A program made the position numbers and the translations under genes. Positions 54,672 through 64,000 of a DNA stretch of 64,000 bases are shown piece after piece. Positions within the stretch are counted from its first letter, which is position 1, and each line of letters begins with the position of its first letter. The stretch lies in contig JAGWBM010000029.1 in the NCBI GenBank assembly GCA_021295895.1, positions 25,857 through 89,856 on the forward strand, written 5' to 3'. The notes beneath the pieces are model-generated. The model did not search any database. It was not told the DNA's origin and saw only the letters and a list, made by a program, of their open reading frames with translations. This DNA is from Pseudomonadales bacterium (GTDB lineage: Bacteria; Pseudomonadota; Gammaproteobacteria; Pseudomonadales; Azotimanducaceae).

Positions 54672-55233
54672 CAACTTCCACGAAACGGGAGGGGCGACCC
54701 TTGCAGTCGCCCGCATCGTAATCCGGCGTTCGCGTCGACACGGGACGGGACAAGCCCGTCCGCTACGTTCGCCCCGCACGAACCGCCTGTTCCGCGCCGT
54801 TCGTTGCGCGCCCCGCGGCTTCTCATTGGTCGAACTCCTCGTCGTACTGGTCATCCTCGGCCTGCTCATCGGCCTGGTCGCCCCGAACTTCATGGGCCGG
54901 GCCGAACAAAGCCGCGGCGATGTCGCCAAGGTGCAAGTGGAATACCTCCACGGCGCACTCAAGACCTACCGCATGGACGTAGGCCGGTTCCCATCCACGG
55001 AACAAGGCCTGGGGGCGCTCATGCGGGCACCGACGGAAGTCGCGGACTACTGGCGAGGCCCCTACCTCGACAAGGAACTGCCCCTCGATCCCTGGCGCAA
55101 TCAGTACCAATACCGCTATCCCGCCGACAACCTACAAGGCCTCGCGCTCTATTCGTTCGGCGCGGATGGCGCCGAAGGCGGGGAGGGCAACGACGCCGAT
55201 ATCGGCTACCTGCCGGAGGCGACGACCGAATAG
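54658..55233 (+). CDS. gspG: major pseudopilin with a REP-derived long leader
   Basis: G|FSLVELLVVLVILG, YRMDVGRFPSTEQGL, WRGPYL..LDPW, GEGNDADI. Confidence 0.95.
   Translation: MSHSDNFHETGGATLAVARIVIRRSRRHGTGQARPLRSPRTNRLFRAVRCAPRGFSLVELLVVLVILGLLIGLVAPNFMGRAEQSRGDVAKVQVEYLHGALKTYRMDVGRFPSTEQGLGALMRAPTEVADYWRGPYLDKELPLDPWRNQYQYRYPADNLQGLALYSFGADGAEGGEGNDADIGYLPEATTE
54688..54766. repeat. REP doublet inside the gspG leader
   Basis: GGAGGGGCGACCCTTGCAGTCGCCC and CGGGACGGGACAAGCCCGTCCGCTAC. Confidence 0.8.
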
Positions 55234-55279
55234 CTGCGTGCGTGCGCGCTGCTCGCGGCTTGTACATATACATATATAA

Positions 55280-55981
55280 ATGGGTACTCTCGATACAAAT
55301 CCGTCGCGAAGACCTCAACGGGGCGTTGGGGCTGCGGGACGGGACAAGCCCGTCCCCTACGGTCGTGACCCATGCGTCCGTGTGTGTGCCCGGCGGGGCG
55401 AACGGGTCCGTAGGGGCGACCCTTGCGGTCGCCCGAATCGCGAGGTGGCGGCTGTGGGCACGGGACGGGACAAGCCCGTCCCCTACGGTCGTGACCCAAA
55501 TGCAGGCGTGTGTGCCCGGGTGGACCGGATCCGTGCGGACGCCCCTTGCAGACGCCCGTATCGACGGCTGGCATCCGGGATCACCCTGATCGAACTCCTC
55601 GTCGTCCTGGCACTCCTCGGCGTCCTCGCCGCCGTGGCGCTCCCGAATCTCGAGCGACTGACCGCCAGCGTCACCCGGGACACCCAGCGCGAGCACATCC
55701 TCAACCAATTCGCCGAACTCGGCGCCGCCGCCATGCTCGACGGACTCGATTACGTGGTCGTCGGAACCGATGCGCCGGACGGCGAGGCCATCGACGCCCT
55801 CGTCGGCCGGACGCGTTATCCGCTCGACGTCCCGGGCGGCTGGGAAGTCCTCATCGACGAACCGATCCTGGCCCGTGCCAACGGCGTATGCCTCGGCGGC
55901 GCCGTGACCTTGCTCCACGAGGAACTCGAACCGCTCTCCCTCGAACTAACAGCCCCCTTCTGCCGGGTCGATGCGTCCTAA
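55280..55981 (+). CDS. gspH: minor pseudopilin (GspH-like); start uncertain
   Basis: G|ITLIELLVVLALLG at 55577; NGVCLGG..L.APFC tail; alternative in-frame GTG at 55508 or 55520. Confidence 0.75.
   Translation: MGTLDTNPSRRPQRGVGAAGRDKPVPYGRDPCVRVCARRGERVRRGDPCGRPNREVAAVGTGRDKPVPYGRDPNAGVCARVDRIRADAPCRRPYRRLASGITLIELLVVLALLGVLAAVALPNLERLTASVTRDTQREHILNQFAELGAAAMLDGLDYVVVGTDAPDGEAIDALVGRTRYPLDVPGGWEVLIDEPILARANGVCLGGAVTLLHEELEPLSLELTAPFCRVDAS
55335..55557. repeat. BIME-like array of four alternating REPs with a duplicated spacer
   Basis: REPs at 55335-55360 (-), 55410-55434 (+), 55461-55486 (-) and about 55533-55557 (+, degenerate); GGTCGTGACCCA..GTGTGTGCCCGG spacer repeated. Confidence 0.88.
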
Positions 55982-56480
55982 ACGCCCCAAAGTTCACCGA
56001 AGGCGGACAAGCTGGCGACACACCGTCCCCGCGGTGCGCGTGGCCAAGCCCACGTTCCGGCGGCGCACCGCCGGCTTCACCCTGCTCGAGAGCATCGTCG
56101 CACTCGCGATCTTCGCGGCCAGCGGCATGGCCCTCTACGGCCTCTTCAACACCAACCTGATCACCCTCAACCGCACCGCGGACGTTTCCCGCCAGGTGGT
56201 TGTGGTGCGCAATGCCATGGACTACCTGTCGGCCATCAACCCCCACGACAAGCCCGAGGGCGAAGTGGAACTCGGCGGCGTCGACGTCGCCTGGCAATCG
56301 AACCTCGTCGAGCCGATCCGTCACGGCCAGAACACCATCGGCGGCCGCGGCGACTTCGATATCGGACTCTACGAGGTCGAGTTCGCCGTCACCGACGACG
56401 GCCGCTCCCTCGGCACCTGGCGCATGCGCGTCGCGGGCTACGAGAAAGTCCGCGGCATCTTCCCGGGTCAGGATTTCTGA
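55971..56480 (+). CDS. gspI: minor pseudopilin GspI-like
   Basis: G|FTLLESIVALAIFA; operon order. Confidence 0.8.
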   Translation: MRPKRPKVHRRRTSWRHTVPAVRVAKPTFRRRTAGFTLLESIVALAIFAASGMALYGLFNTNLITLNRTADVSRQVVVVRNAMDYLSAINPHDKPEGEVELGGVDVAWQSNLVEPIRHGQNTIGGRGDFDIGLYEVEFAVTDDGRSLGTWRMRVAGYEKVRGIFPGQDF

Positions 56481-57322
56481 TGCCCCCCCGGAACCTGCAC
56501 CATCAACGTGGTCACCTCAGCCGCGCAGCCGGCATGACCCTCGTCGAAACCCTGGTCACCTTCGTCATCCTGGGCTTCCTCACCACCCTCATCCTGCAAG
56601 CCGTCGGCTTCTTCGCAGCCCGCTACGAGGGCGTCCAGCGCGTGCACCGCGTCGCCGCCCTGGAGTCGCTGCAGCAAAACTGGTTCGCGACCTCCGTGCA
56701 GGGCTTCGTTCCCTACGGCGTCCACGCCCGCCGCTTCCAAGGACAACCGACCCGCTTCGAGGGCATGACCCTGGAACCCCTCCATGCCCAAGCCGGCACG
56801 CCGGTCACCGTGCGCTGGTCCATCACCGAAGACGGCGTGCTCTACTCGGAGTCCCTCGCACCATCGGTCCCCGGCATCGAATGGCCCATCCGTGGCTCGG
56901 ACACTTCCGTACGACCCCAATCCCGTCCTCAAGCGGACACACGCGAAATTTTCGATATCGATTTGAGATCACGCCGTTTGGCACCCGGGTACCCCGACGC
57001 ACGCCAGGGCGATCTCGTTTTCCACTACGCCGACGCGTTCGCCAACTGGTACGACCACTGGCCCCCGCGCCCCGACGCGGATCCCGTGCCCGGCACCGCA
57101 CCACGGCCGGGGCAGGCGGCACCCCAGAGCATCGACGACCTCATCGACGCGCTGGCGGAGACGGCCACGGTCAGGGTCTCGTCGGACGATCCGCTCCTCG
57201 ACCCGGCGAACGACTGGACCCCGCGTCTCATCCGCCTCTTCTCCGCCGAAGAAGGCACCATCTGGCTCGCCCGGGTGGAGCCGTCCGCCCGTCCGCTGCT
57301 TACCGACGTGGACGTCGAATGA
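56480..57322 (+). CDS. gspJ: minor pseudopilin GspJ-like, with insertions
   Basis: G|MTLVETLVTFVIL, FHY...WYDHWPP...PRLIRL. Confidence 0.78.
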   Translation: MPPRNLHHQRGHLSRAAGMTLVETLVTFVILGFLTTLILQAVGFFAARYEGVQRVHRVAALESLQQNWFATSVQGFVPYGVHARRFQGQPTRFEGMTLEPLHAQAGTPVTVRWSITEDGVLYSESLAPSVPGIEWPIRGSDTSVRPQSRPQADTREIFDIDLRSRRLAPGYPDARQGDLVFHYADAFANWYDHWPPRPDADPVPGTAPRPGQAAPQSIDDLIDALAETATVRVSSDDPLLDPANDWTPRLIRLFSAEEGTIWLARVEPSARPLLTDVDVE

Positions 57323-58356
57323 CCCGGCGGGAAGGTTTCATCCTCGCGGCCACCCTCTGGGCGCTGGTCGCGCTCACCGTGGTCGCCGCCTACATCAACG
57401 GCGTGACCCGCACCAACGTGGACAACGCCGACCGCGCCAAGCGGATGCTGCAAAGCGAACTCGATCGCCGCGGCACCGAAGCCACGCTGCTCTACCTGCT
57501 CTCCACCAACCGCATGAACCACCGCAACCTCGTGCTCGAGTCCGAGCAGCACTTCGACATCGACGACCAGATCCTCACAGGCGACGGGGACGCCACCCTG
57601 AGCCTCGCCAGCGACCCGTACCAGGGCCTCGGCGAAGTCGCCTTCTCCCTCCAGGACGAGACGGGCCTGGTGTCCATCAACACCCCCAGCGAACCCCTGA
57701 TGGCCCGCGCCCTCGAAAGCCTGGGTGTCGCCCCCAAGATTGCCGCCGGCCTAATGCCGCGCATCCGTGACTACATCGACAAAGACCACATCCTGACGCT
57801 CGACGGCGCCGAAGACTACGACTACGCCAAGGCCGATCGGCCGCCCCCCGCGAACTGGCATCTCACCACCGCGATGGAGTTGAACCGCGTGCTCGGCGCC
57901 GACGGCATCCTGGACCGCGCCCAATGGCAGCGCCTGCGCGCCATGACCACGCCGCGAACACTCGCCGCCGTCAACTTCAACACCATGCCGCCCGAAGTCG
58001 CCGCCGCGATCCTCGAGACCGACGTCGACAACCTCGCCGAGTTCCTGGCCGCCCGGGAGGAGGAGTCCCTCTCCCGGCTTGATCGCATCCGCGAACTGAC
58101 GGGACAATACGCCGAGGTCGACTCCGGGCTGATCGCCACCGTGCCCTCCGTCTTCCTGAGGATGACCACTTGGTGGCAGCACGGCGGACCACGGACGGTC
58201 GTCGGCATCACCCTCACGCCCTCGACGCCAATCGGGCCACCGGCCGCCGCACCGTGGCGCAAGGAGTACCGCTATTCCGAGCCAGCCGACCACACGGGGA
58301 CGCTTCGCCAGGCGGCGACGCCACTCCTCGGCGGGCAACCCGGGGATCCGACATGA
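57319..58356 (+). CDS. gspK: minor pseudopilin GspK
   Basis: G|FILAATLW (no E5), QDETGLVSIN, DYIDKD..GAE, NFNTMP. Confidence 0.85.
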   Translation: MTRREGFILAATLWALVALTVVAAYINGVTRTNVDNADRAKRMLQSELDRRGTEATLLYLLSTNRMNHRNLVLESEQHFDIDDQILTGDGDATLSLASDPYQGLGEVAFSLQDETGLVSINTPSEPLMARALESLGVAPKIAAGLMPRIRDYIDKDHILTLDGAEDYDYAKADRPPPANWHLTTAMELNRVLGADGILDRAQWQRLRAMTTPRTLAAVNFNTMPPEVAAAILETDVDNLAEFLAAREEESLSRLDRIRELTGQYAEVDSGLIATVPSVFLRMTTWWQHGGPRTVVGITLTPSTPIGPPAAAPWRKEYRYSEPADHTGTLRQAATPLLGGQPGDPT

Positions 58357-58370
58357 CCCGAGGTGATCCC

Positions 58371-58577
58371 GTACGGACGACCCTTGCGGTCGCCCGAGTT
58401 GACGTTGGCGGACCGGCGTACACGGGACGCCACAAGGGCGTCCCCTACGTGAGCCCCGAGGGTGTCGCGGGCCATCGCCCCACGAAACGACACACCCCCG
58501 TAGGGGCGACCCTCGCGGTCGCCCCGATTGACGTTCCCGATTCGGTTCGCGCGAGACGTCCCAAGGGTGTCCCCCAC
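58371..58577. repeat. BIME-like array of four REPs between gspK and gspL
   Basis: 58371-58395 (+), 58423-58448 (-, stem GGGACGCC), 58500-58524 (+), 58553-58577 (-, degenerate). Confidence 0.85.
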
Positions 58578-58615
58578 CGCCATCCCAGCGGCATCCCCGA
58601 GGGCGGACGATCCAG

Positions 58616-59812
58616 ATGAGCGACCCCGCCGAAACCGCGCCGCAGGCGGATCGCGGACCCCGCCCCGCGACCCGCGCGAGACAACTCGCCGAACCCCTGG
58701 CCAACGGGGTACGCCGCTGGCGCCGCCGTCTCGCACGCCGTCCGAACGCCATCCAGACCCGCAACGGCAGCGAGCCGCTGGACTTCAAGTCCGTCCACGC
58801 CCACTGGATCATCGGCCGCGACCTCTGCCTCTACCGTTCGGAAGATTTCGCCGCCATCCCCAGGAACCGACGCGATGCCGCCGTCGCCCTGCGCATCCCC
58901 GTCTGGAGCCCCTTCCAGCGCACCGGCCACCACTGCGTCTGGTCCGGCAGCACCGCCATGGTCTGGTTCTGGGACCAGGAGGCGGTCGACATCCGCCCGA
59001 CGGACCTCGGACTTCCGGAGACCGGGACCACGTCGACCGACCCGGCAAACCGAACCCGGACCCGCGTCCTCCCCGAGTCCGTCTTCCAACCCCGCCACGG
59101 CGCCGGCCTGCACCTGCAGGCCTGCGCCAACGGCTACGACCTCCAGTACTGGCAAGACGACGTCCTGAAGGACGCCCTCTGGCTCCCCCAGCCACCCGAC
59201 ACTGCCCGCGTCCAGGCGTTCCTCAGCCAAGCCCCGATCATGGCCGACGACGCCACGGCGTTGGCCTTCGAAACGCCGGTGACCTCGCCGACCACCTTCG
59301 CCCCAGACCCCTGGTACTCGCCCCTCACGCCGCAAGCCTGGCTGATCGCCAACGAGCGAACCCTGGTGATCGCCGGCCTCGCGATATTCGCCGCCGCCGC
59401 CGCCTTCGAGGAAGCCCGGGTCTGGCGCTACCACTTCGCCCACCAGGCCGCCGCCGCCGAACTCAGGCAGATCGACGAGGAACTCGCCCCCGTGCTGGAC
59501 GCCCGCGACGAACTCGTTGCCCTCAACCGCCGCAACGCCTTCCTGGCCGACATTCTCAACGAGCCCTCGCAGGCCGAACTCATGCTCCGCGTGGACCGAG
59601 TCCTGCCCAGCGACAGCACCGAGTTCCAGGCCTGGCGCTACCAGCAGCGCGACCTCGCCCTGACGCTGTCCGACGACACGGGCATCGACCCCGTCGCCGT
59701 CGTCACCCGCCTGCAGGCGGAACCCATGTTCAAGGATGTCCAGCCGGGCCGAGCTCAGCGCGAGGGCATCGAGATCACCCTCAACGTCGACCCGGCGGCA
59801 AACAACCCGTGA
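58616..59812 (+). CDS. T2SS GspL/PilN-like assembly protein
   Basis: Cytoplasmic domain, one TM helix, coiled coil, periplasmic domain ending LQAEPMFKDV; position in operon. Confidence 0.65.
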   Translation: MSDPAETAPQADRGPRPATRARQLAEPLANGVRRWRRRLARRPNAIQTRNGSEPLDFKSVHAHWIIGRDLCLYRSEDFAAIPRNRRDAAVALRIPVWSPFQRTGHHCVWSGSTAMVWFWDQEAVDIRPTDLGLPETGTTSTDPANRTRTRVLPESVFQPRHGAGLHLQACANGYDLQYWQDDVLKDALWLPQPPDTARVQAFLSQAPIMADDATALAFETPVTSPTTFAPDPWYSPLTPQAWLIANERTLVIAGLAIFAAAAAFEEARVWRYHFAHQAAAAELRQIDEELAPVLDARDELVALNRRNAFLADILNEPSQAELMLRVDRVLPSDSTEFQAWRYQQRDLALTLSDDTGIDPVAVVTRLQAEPMFKDVQPGRAQREGIEITLNVDPAANNP

Positions 59813-60417
59813 GCGCGTTCGCAACCACCATCGACCGTGCACGCGCCGAACTCGCGGCCAATCCGCGCCTGCGCCTCGGCGTCTGGCTGATCGTTGGGAT
59901 CCTCGCCGGCTACTTCGCTTTTGTCATCCAGGCGGACCGGGTCGATGCCATCGCAACGGACTACGCGGTTGCCGACGCCCGGTTAAGCCGGGGCCGGGAC
60001 CTGCTCGCCCGTCAGGACTGGGCCGAACGCCTTGCCGCCGCCCGCGCCACCGAAACGAATCTGCAAGGCAGATTTTGGCGCGCCGCGAACGAGGGCCTGG
60101 CGCAGGCGCGACTACGCAACGTGGTGGATGAACTGATGGCCAAGCTCTACCTCGCCCAACCGCGTGCGGACCTGGGTTTGAGCCGCGCCCTCCCGGATGT
60201 ACCGAGACTCTGGCAGGTGCAGGCCCGGATCTACGGCCAGGGCCGGACCCCATCCATACTTCGGTTGCTGCACAGGATCGCCAACCATCCGAACAAGATC
60301 GTTGTGGAGCGGGTCGAGTTGACTCGCGGCGAAGGGAGCATCCAGGTGGACCTGCTGATATCCGGCTACTTCCTCATTGACGAGCGACGCGATGGCATCC
60401 CCGGGGCAGAGGGTTGA
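59809..60417 (+). CDS. T2SS GspM-like protein
   Basis: GTG start; NPRLRLGVWLI TM segment, coiled coil, GLAQA; position. Confidence 0.65.
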   Translation: MSAFATTIDRARAELAANPRLRLGVWLIVGILAGYFAFVIQADRVDAIATDYAVADARLSRGRDLLARQDWAERLAAARATETNLQGRFWRAANEGLAQARLRNVVDELMAKLYLAQPRADLGLSRALPDVPRLWQVQARIYGQGRTPSILRLLHRIANHPNKIVVERVELTRGEGSIQVDLLISGYFLIDERRDGIPGAEG

Positions 60418-60422
60418 CACCT

Positions 60423-60947
60423 ATGAAGCGTGCTTTGCAAATCTCCACGAATCCGGCCGGTTACCTTCGCCACCCCGCCTTCCCCGTTCTCCTGGCCGCG
60501 CTGGCCTTCGGCCTCATCGGTTTGGGTCTGCCGCCCCGTTCGGCCGACGCGGGAGTCGGCCCGGTCTTGGGCGGTACGGACTCGACGGCGCAACTCGCTC
60601 CCGCCGAGGATCCCGACGCCTTCCGAACGATGTCCCGGTGGGGGACCGACATTCAGAGCGTCGAGAACGACCGCTCGGAAACCGACGACCAACTCGCGTC
60701 GGGACTGAACCCCGAACTCGTCAAGCTCGGCTTCATCGGCCTAACCCTCACTACCGACGAAGACGCCGTTATGCTGACCCATCCGGATGGCCGCACGGTC
60801 CGGCTGACGGGCGGCGACTCCCTGCCGGATGGCCGCACCCTGGTGTTGGTGACGGACAACGCCCTGACCCTCGAGGACGACAAGGGGCAACGGGAGACGT
60901 TGGTCCTGTTCCCGCGCCTCGCGGAATCGGAAACAAACGACGAGTAG
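60423..60947 (+). CDS. T2SS GspC/PilP-like protein
   Basis: TM segment then FIGL..AVML..RLTGGDSLPDG HR-like domain; precedes the secretin. Confidence 0.55.
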   Translation: MKRALQISTNPAGYLRHPAFPVLLAALAFGLIGLGLPPRSADAGVGPVLGGTDSTAQLAPAEDPDAFRTMSRWGTDIQSVENDRSETDDQLASGLNPELVKLGFIGLTLTTDEDAVMLTHPDGRTVRLTGGDSLPDGRTLVLVTDNALTLEDDKGQRETLVLFPRLAESETNDE

Positions 60948-61026
60948 ACGAGTAAATGTACAAGGAACCGATCCGCCCGTTGCAGGGTCTGACTTGGACG
61001 GGTCGGAAGGAAAGGAGGTGGATTCC

Positions 61027-63055
61027 ATGACCTATACGCCATTACCCCGATGCCGCCCGCCGCCGGCGACCGCCGCGATGCTGGCGTTGTTTGCCCTGGG
61101 CATGGCCGGTTGCTCGAGCCTGAGCGTCGAACCCTTCCCGGAACCGCTGAGTGCCACACCCTTGGCACCGGAGGACGAGGTGCTGCTATCCGGTGGTGAT
61201 GAAGGAGCGGATCCCACCGCACCCACCGTCACCCGCGCCCCGGGTGTGCCAATCGGCCCGACGGTTGCCGAGGGAACCGCCGACGACCTAGGCCAAGACC
61301 TCACCGGCGATCCCATCGAGGAGGTGGCCTTCAACAACGCGCCGCTCCCCATCTTCATCGACGCGCTCTTCAACGAGATCCTCGGACTCTCGTTCGTCGT
61401 CTCGCCTGACCTGCGCGACACGACCGATCTCGTCACGTTGCGCATCGCCGAGCCGATAACCCCGAGCCAGCTATTCACGACGGCCCGGCGGGTCCTGGAG
61501 GAACACTACGGCGTGCGTATCCGTGCCGACGACGATGGCATCCTGACCTTCGAGCCCACCGACGAGATCGCCGCCAGCGGGATTCCCCTGCTCATCAGCG
61601 GCCGGACGCGCCCGGAAGTGCCTGCGACGCACCGTACGGTGTTCCAGATCGTCCACCTCAAGGTGATGTCGCCCAACGATGTCGCCAGCCTCCTGCGGCG
61701 TCTGTTGGGCGGTGTCGAGCTCGAGTTCGAGGAATACCCGCTGCTGGGTGCGGTCCTGCTCAAGGGGAACCTCTCGTCCATCGACCGGGCGGTGGCCATC
61801 ATCGAGGTCCTTGACCAACCCCGACTCAGCGGTCGCCACGGCCTCGTCATCGAACCTGTCTTCCTCGACGTCGCCGAGTTGGCGACCGACTTGAACGAAG
61901 TCCTCCGATCCCAAGGCTATAGCTCGCGGGTGGGCTATTCCGACCTTTCGGGTGCCATCGTGCTACTTCCCCTGAGGAGCGCGAACAAGCTCGTGGTCTT
62001 CGCGGTCGACCCGGCCATCCTCCCCCGCGTGGAGGAGTGGGCCGAGGTCATGGATGCCGAGCGTGAAGCCGCCGTGGAGGACGTTCAAGAACACCCTGGC
62101 GGAGGATCTGATCGAGACCCTGAACCAGGTCTTGAGCATCGAGGGCGCCGAGGAAGGGGAGGACGGTGCGGGGGAACGACGCCAGCGGCGTCGGTCGGGT
62201 ACTCAACTTGTGTACGAGAAGAGCCGGAACGCCGTGCTCTACCGGGGCAACGGCAAGGATTGGGCGCGGATCCGCATTCTGATCGACAAGCTCGACAAAC
62301 CCGTTCCCCAGGTCTTGATCGAAGTGCTGCTCGCCGAAGTCACCCTGAGCGGCCAGGAGGAGTCCGGCATCGAGTACCTCGCCAACCTCGGCATCGGCAG
62401 CCGGGGCATCGACGCCCAACTCACCTCGGGCGGGCTATCCATGGCCCTCGATGGCGCCGGCGAGACGAGGGCCCTGCTGCGCCTCGCCTACGAGGACAAC
62501 CGCGTGGCGATCCGCTCCCTGCCGCGGCTCGTCGTCAAGAGCGGGGAATCCGGCAACATCTTCGCGGGATCGCAGGTGCCGATCCTGTCCCAGCGCGCGG
62601 AGGGCGTCCAGGTGGAGGGGTCCACCAGCATCGTCCAGCAGATCCAGTACCGCAACACCGGGGTTACCTTGGACATCACCCCGATCGTCCAGGCCAATGG
62701 GCTCGTCGATCTCGAGATCAGCCAGACCTTCAGCGAGACCCGGGCCGCCGGCGCCGCGAGCCTGACGCCGACGATTCTCAGCCGCAATCTCGCCACCAGC
62801 ATGACGCTGCGCGACGGTCAATCCGTCATCATGGGCGGCCTGATCTCCGACACCCAGAGCCAAGGCCATTCCGGCGTGCCCGGCCTCGGTCGGATTCCCG
62901 TCGTGGGCCGCCTGTTTCGGGCCGACTCGTTTCAAAAAGACCGTACCGAACTCGTCGTGATGGTGATACCCTATGTCATTGCTGACCATCGTCAGGGCCG
63001 AGAGCTAACCGAGCAGATAAAGTCGCAGCTTGAACTGCACCGACGTTTCCTGTAG
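61027..63055 (+). pseudogene. gspD: T2SS secretin GspD (lipoprotein signal), frameshifted near 62080 (real or assembly error)
   Basis: Lipobox GMAGC and N0-N2 domains in one frame; LDKPVPQVLIEV, QYRNTGV, GVPGLGRIPVVGRLF, RTELVVMVIP in the +1 frame. Confidence 0.88.
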
Positions 63056-63095
63056 AAAGGCGCGGATAGGGGCTTTCGAGCGGTGCGGATTGGCC

Positions 63096-63136
63096 AAAAA
63101 AAGTGTTGCCAACCCGCTAAATGCGTGGCTAAATCT
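63096..63136 (+). promoter_or_regulatory. putative promoter for the downstream exported-protein gene
   Basis: A7 tract, TTGCCA (-35-like), TGGCTAAATC (-10-like); GGAG RBS before the 63222 ATG. Confidence 0.35.
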
Positions 63137-63221
63137 CGCTAGCTCAGTGGCGTGGGGGGGAATCCCCGCCCGGGTCATAGGCTCTATGGCAGTGAATGTT
63201 AGGAAGACTTGGAGTTAAACA

Positions 63222-64000
63222 ATGCTCTGCAAAAGAACCATGAGGGCTGCTCTGGCCCCTGTGATCGGGCTCTTCGGGGTGCTGCTCGCGATGTCGGCTG
63301 GTGCCGCAATCGATCTGGGTGAGCGGCAAGGATTCATTTCCGTTAACCCGCCGAACTTCGATCAGAACCCGCCGAACCGCTATGCCGCCGAGACGATTTC
63401 GATCGCCCAGTGTCAAAGGCAAGGTGCCCGATGCGCGGCATACCGGGTTGCGGCCACGGTCGGTGCCTTGAGGCTCACCGCGACGACGGACATCCTGCTG
63501 CCGACTGGCACGCAGTACTACGTCCGGTACAACTTTACCGGCGGCTGGTTTGCGACCGACTTGGTCTCTGGGACCAGTCCGGACGTTAGCGACCTTGACG
63601 TCACCCCGGCCGGGGGTAGCGAGACGGGGACGACTGCGGTCGCCTACCGGGGAGAAGCCGACGACAATACGGTCATCTTTCAGTTGGCAGCAGACCTTGA
63701 ACTCCCCAAGGGATCGATGTTCGAGCTAGACCTGTCCGGGATGGCCGACGACGTGAGCACTGAAAACGTCAACGAGCTTCTGGGGAACTTCAACATCACG
63801 GGTACTGGCAGTGCCACGGCGCCGGTGCCGTCGATGAGAGCGGTGCCCTGTTCGAAGCAGGCCCCGCCGTGATCATCCAGGTCGATCGGGTCGTAGGGGC
63901 AGACGTCGAGCCGATGGTGGATGTTGCCTACGTCAGTACTTTGGATACCGATGGCGGTCCGTTCCGTCGGTTCCTGCCGAACGGCATGGGCGGCAAGGAT
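63222..64000 (+). CDS. exported protein, S-layer-like candidate; frameshift near 63820; runs off window
   Basis: Signal peptide ending SAGA; T/D/G/A-rich; YAAE motif; another frame (AGAVDESGALFEAG...GGPFRRF) stays open to the window end. Confidence 0.55.

Overview
GC-rich Gammaproteobacterium (gene order resembles Pseudomonadales; the taxonomy is an inference). About 44 kb is core housekeeping synteny: cysDN, gatCAB, mreBCD-rng-yhdP-tldD-pmbA, gyrA-serC-pheA-hisC-tyrA-cmk-rpsA-ihfB, mtaD-ubiG-yciK, yciO-trpS-scpAB-rluB, an ABC-F gene and a rubrerythrin/Fe-S oxidoreductase/DUF3501 cluster. The accessory part holds a decayed repeat-rich surface-protein gene, a ~320-aa HUH/Y1 (RAYT-like) nuclease and a type II secretion cluster (gspEFGHIJKLM-C-D) followed by a likely exported S-layer-like gene. 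The most unusual signal is non-coding. (1) A nested repeat array sits directly upstream of the HUH nuclease: three copies of CTCGGACACACACC plus a hairpin, each preceded by 15-17-nt triplicated units mostly ending in CTCGGA. Dispersed copies occur in and around the T2SS cluster. (2) Many GTAG-type REP hairpins have co-varying stems; they supply stop codons for five genes and are translated inside pseudopilin leader peptides. (3) A third ~80-bp element is read as protein in two unrelated genes. Several frameshifts and toxin-antitoxin/HNH remnants could be real decay or assembly error. All assignments come from motif recognition by eye, not database searches.
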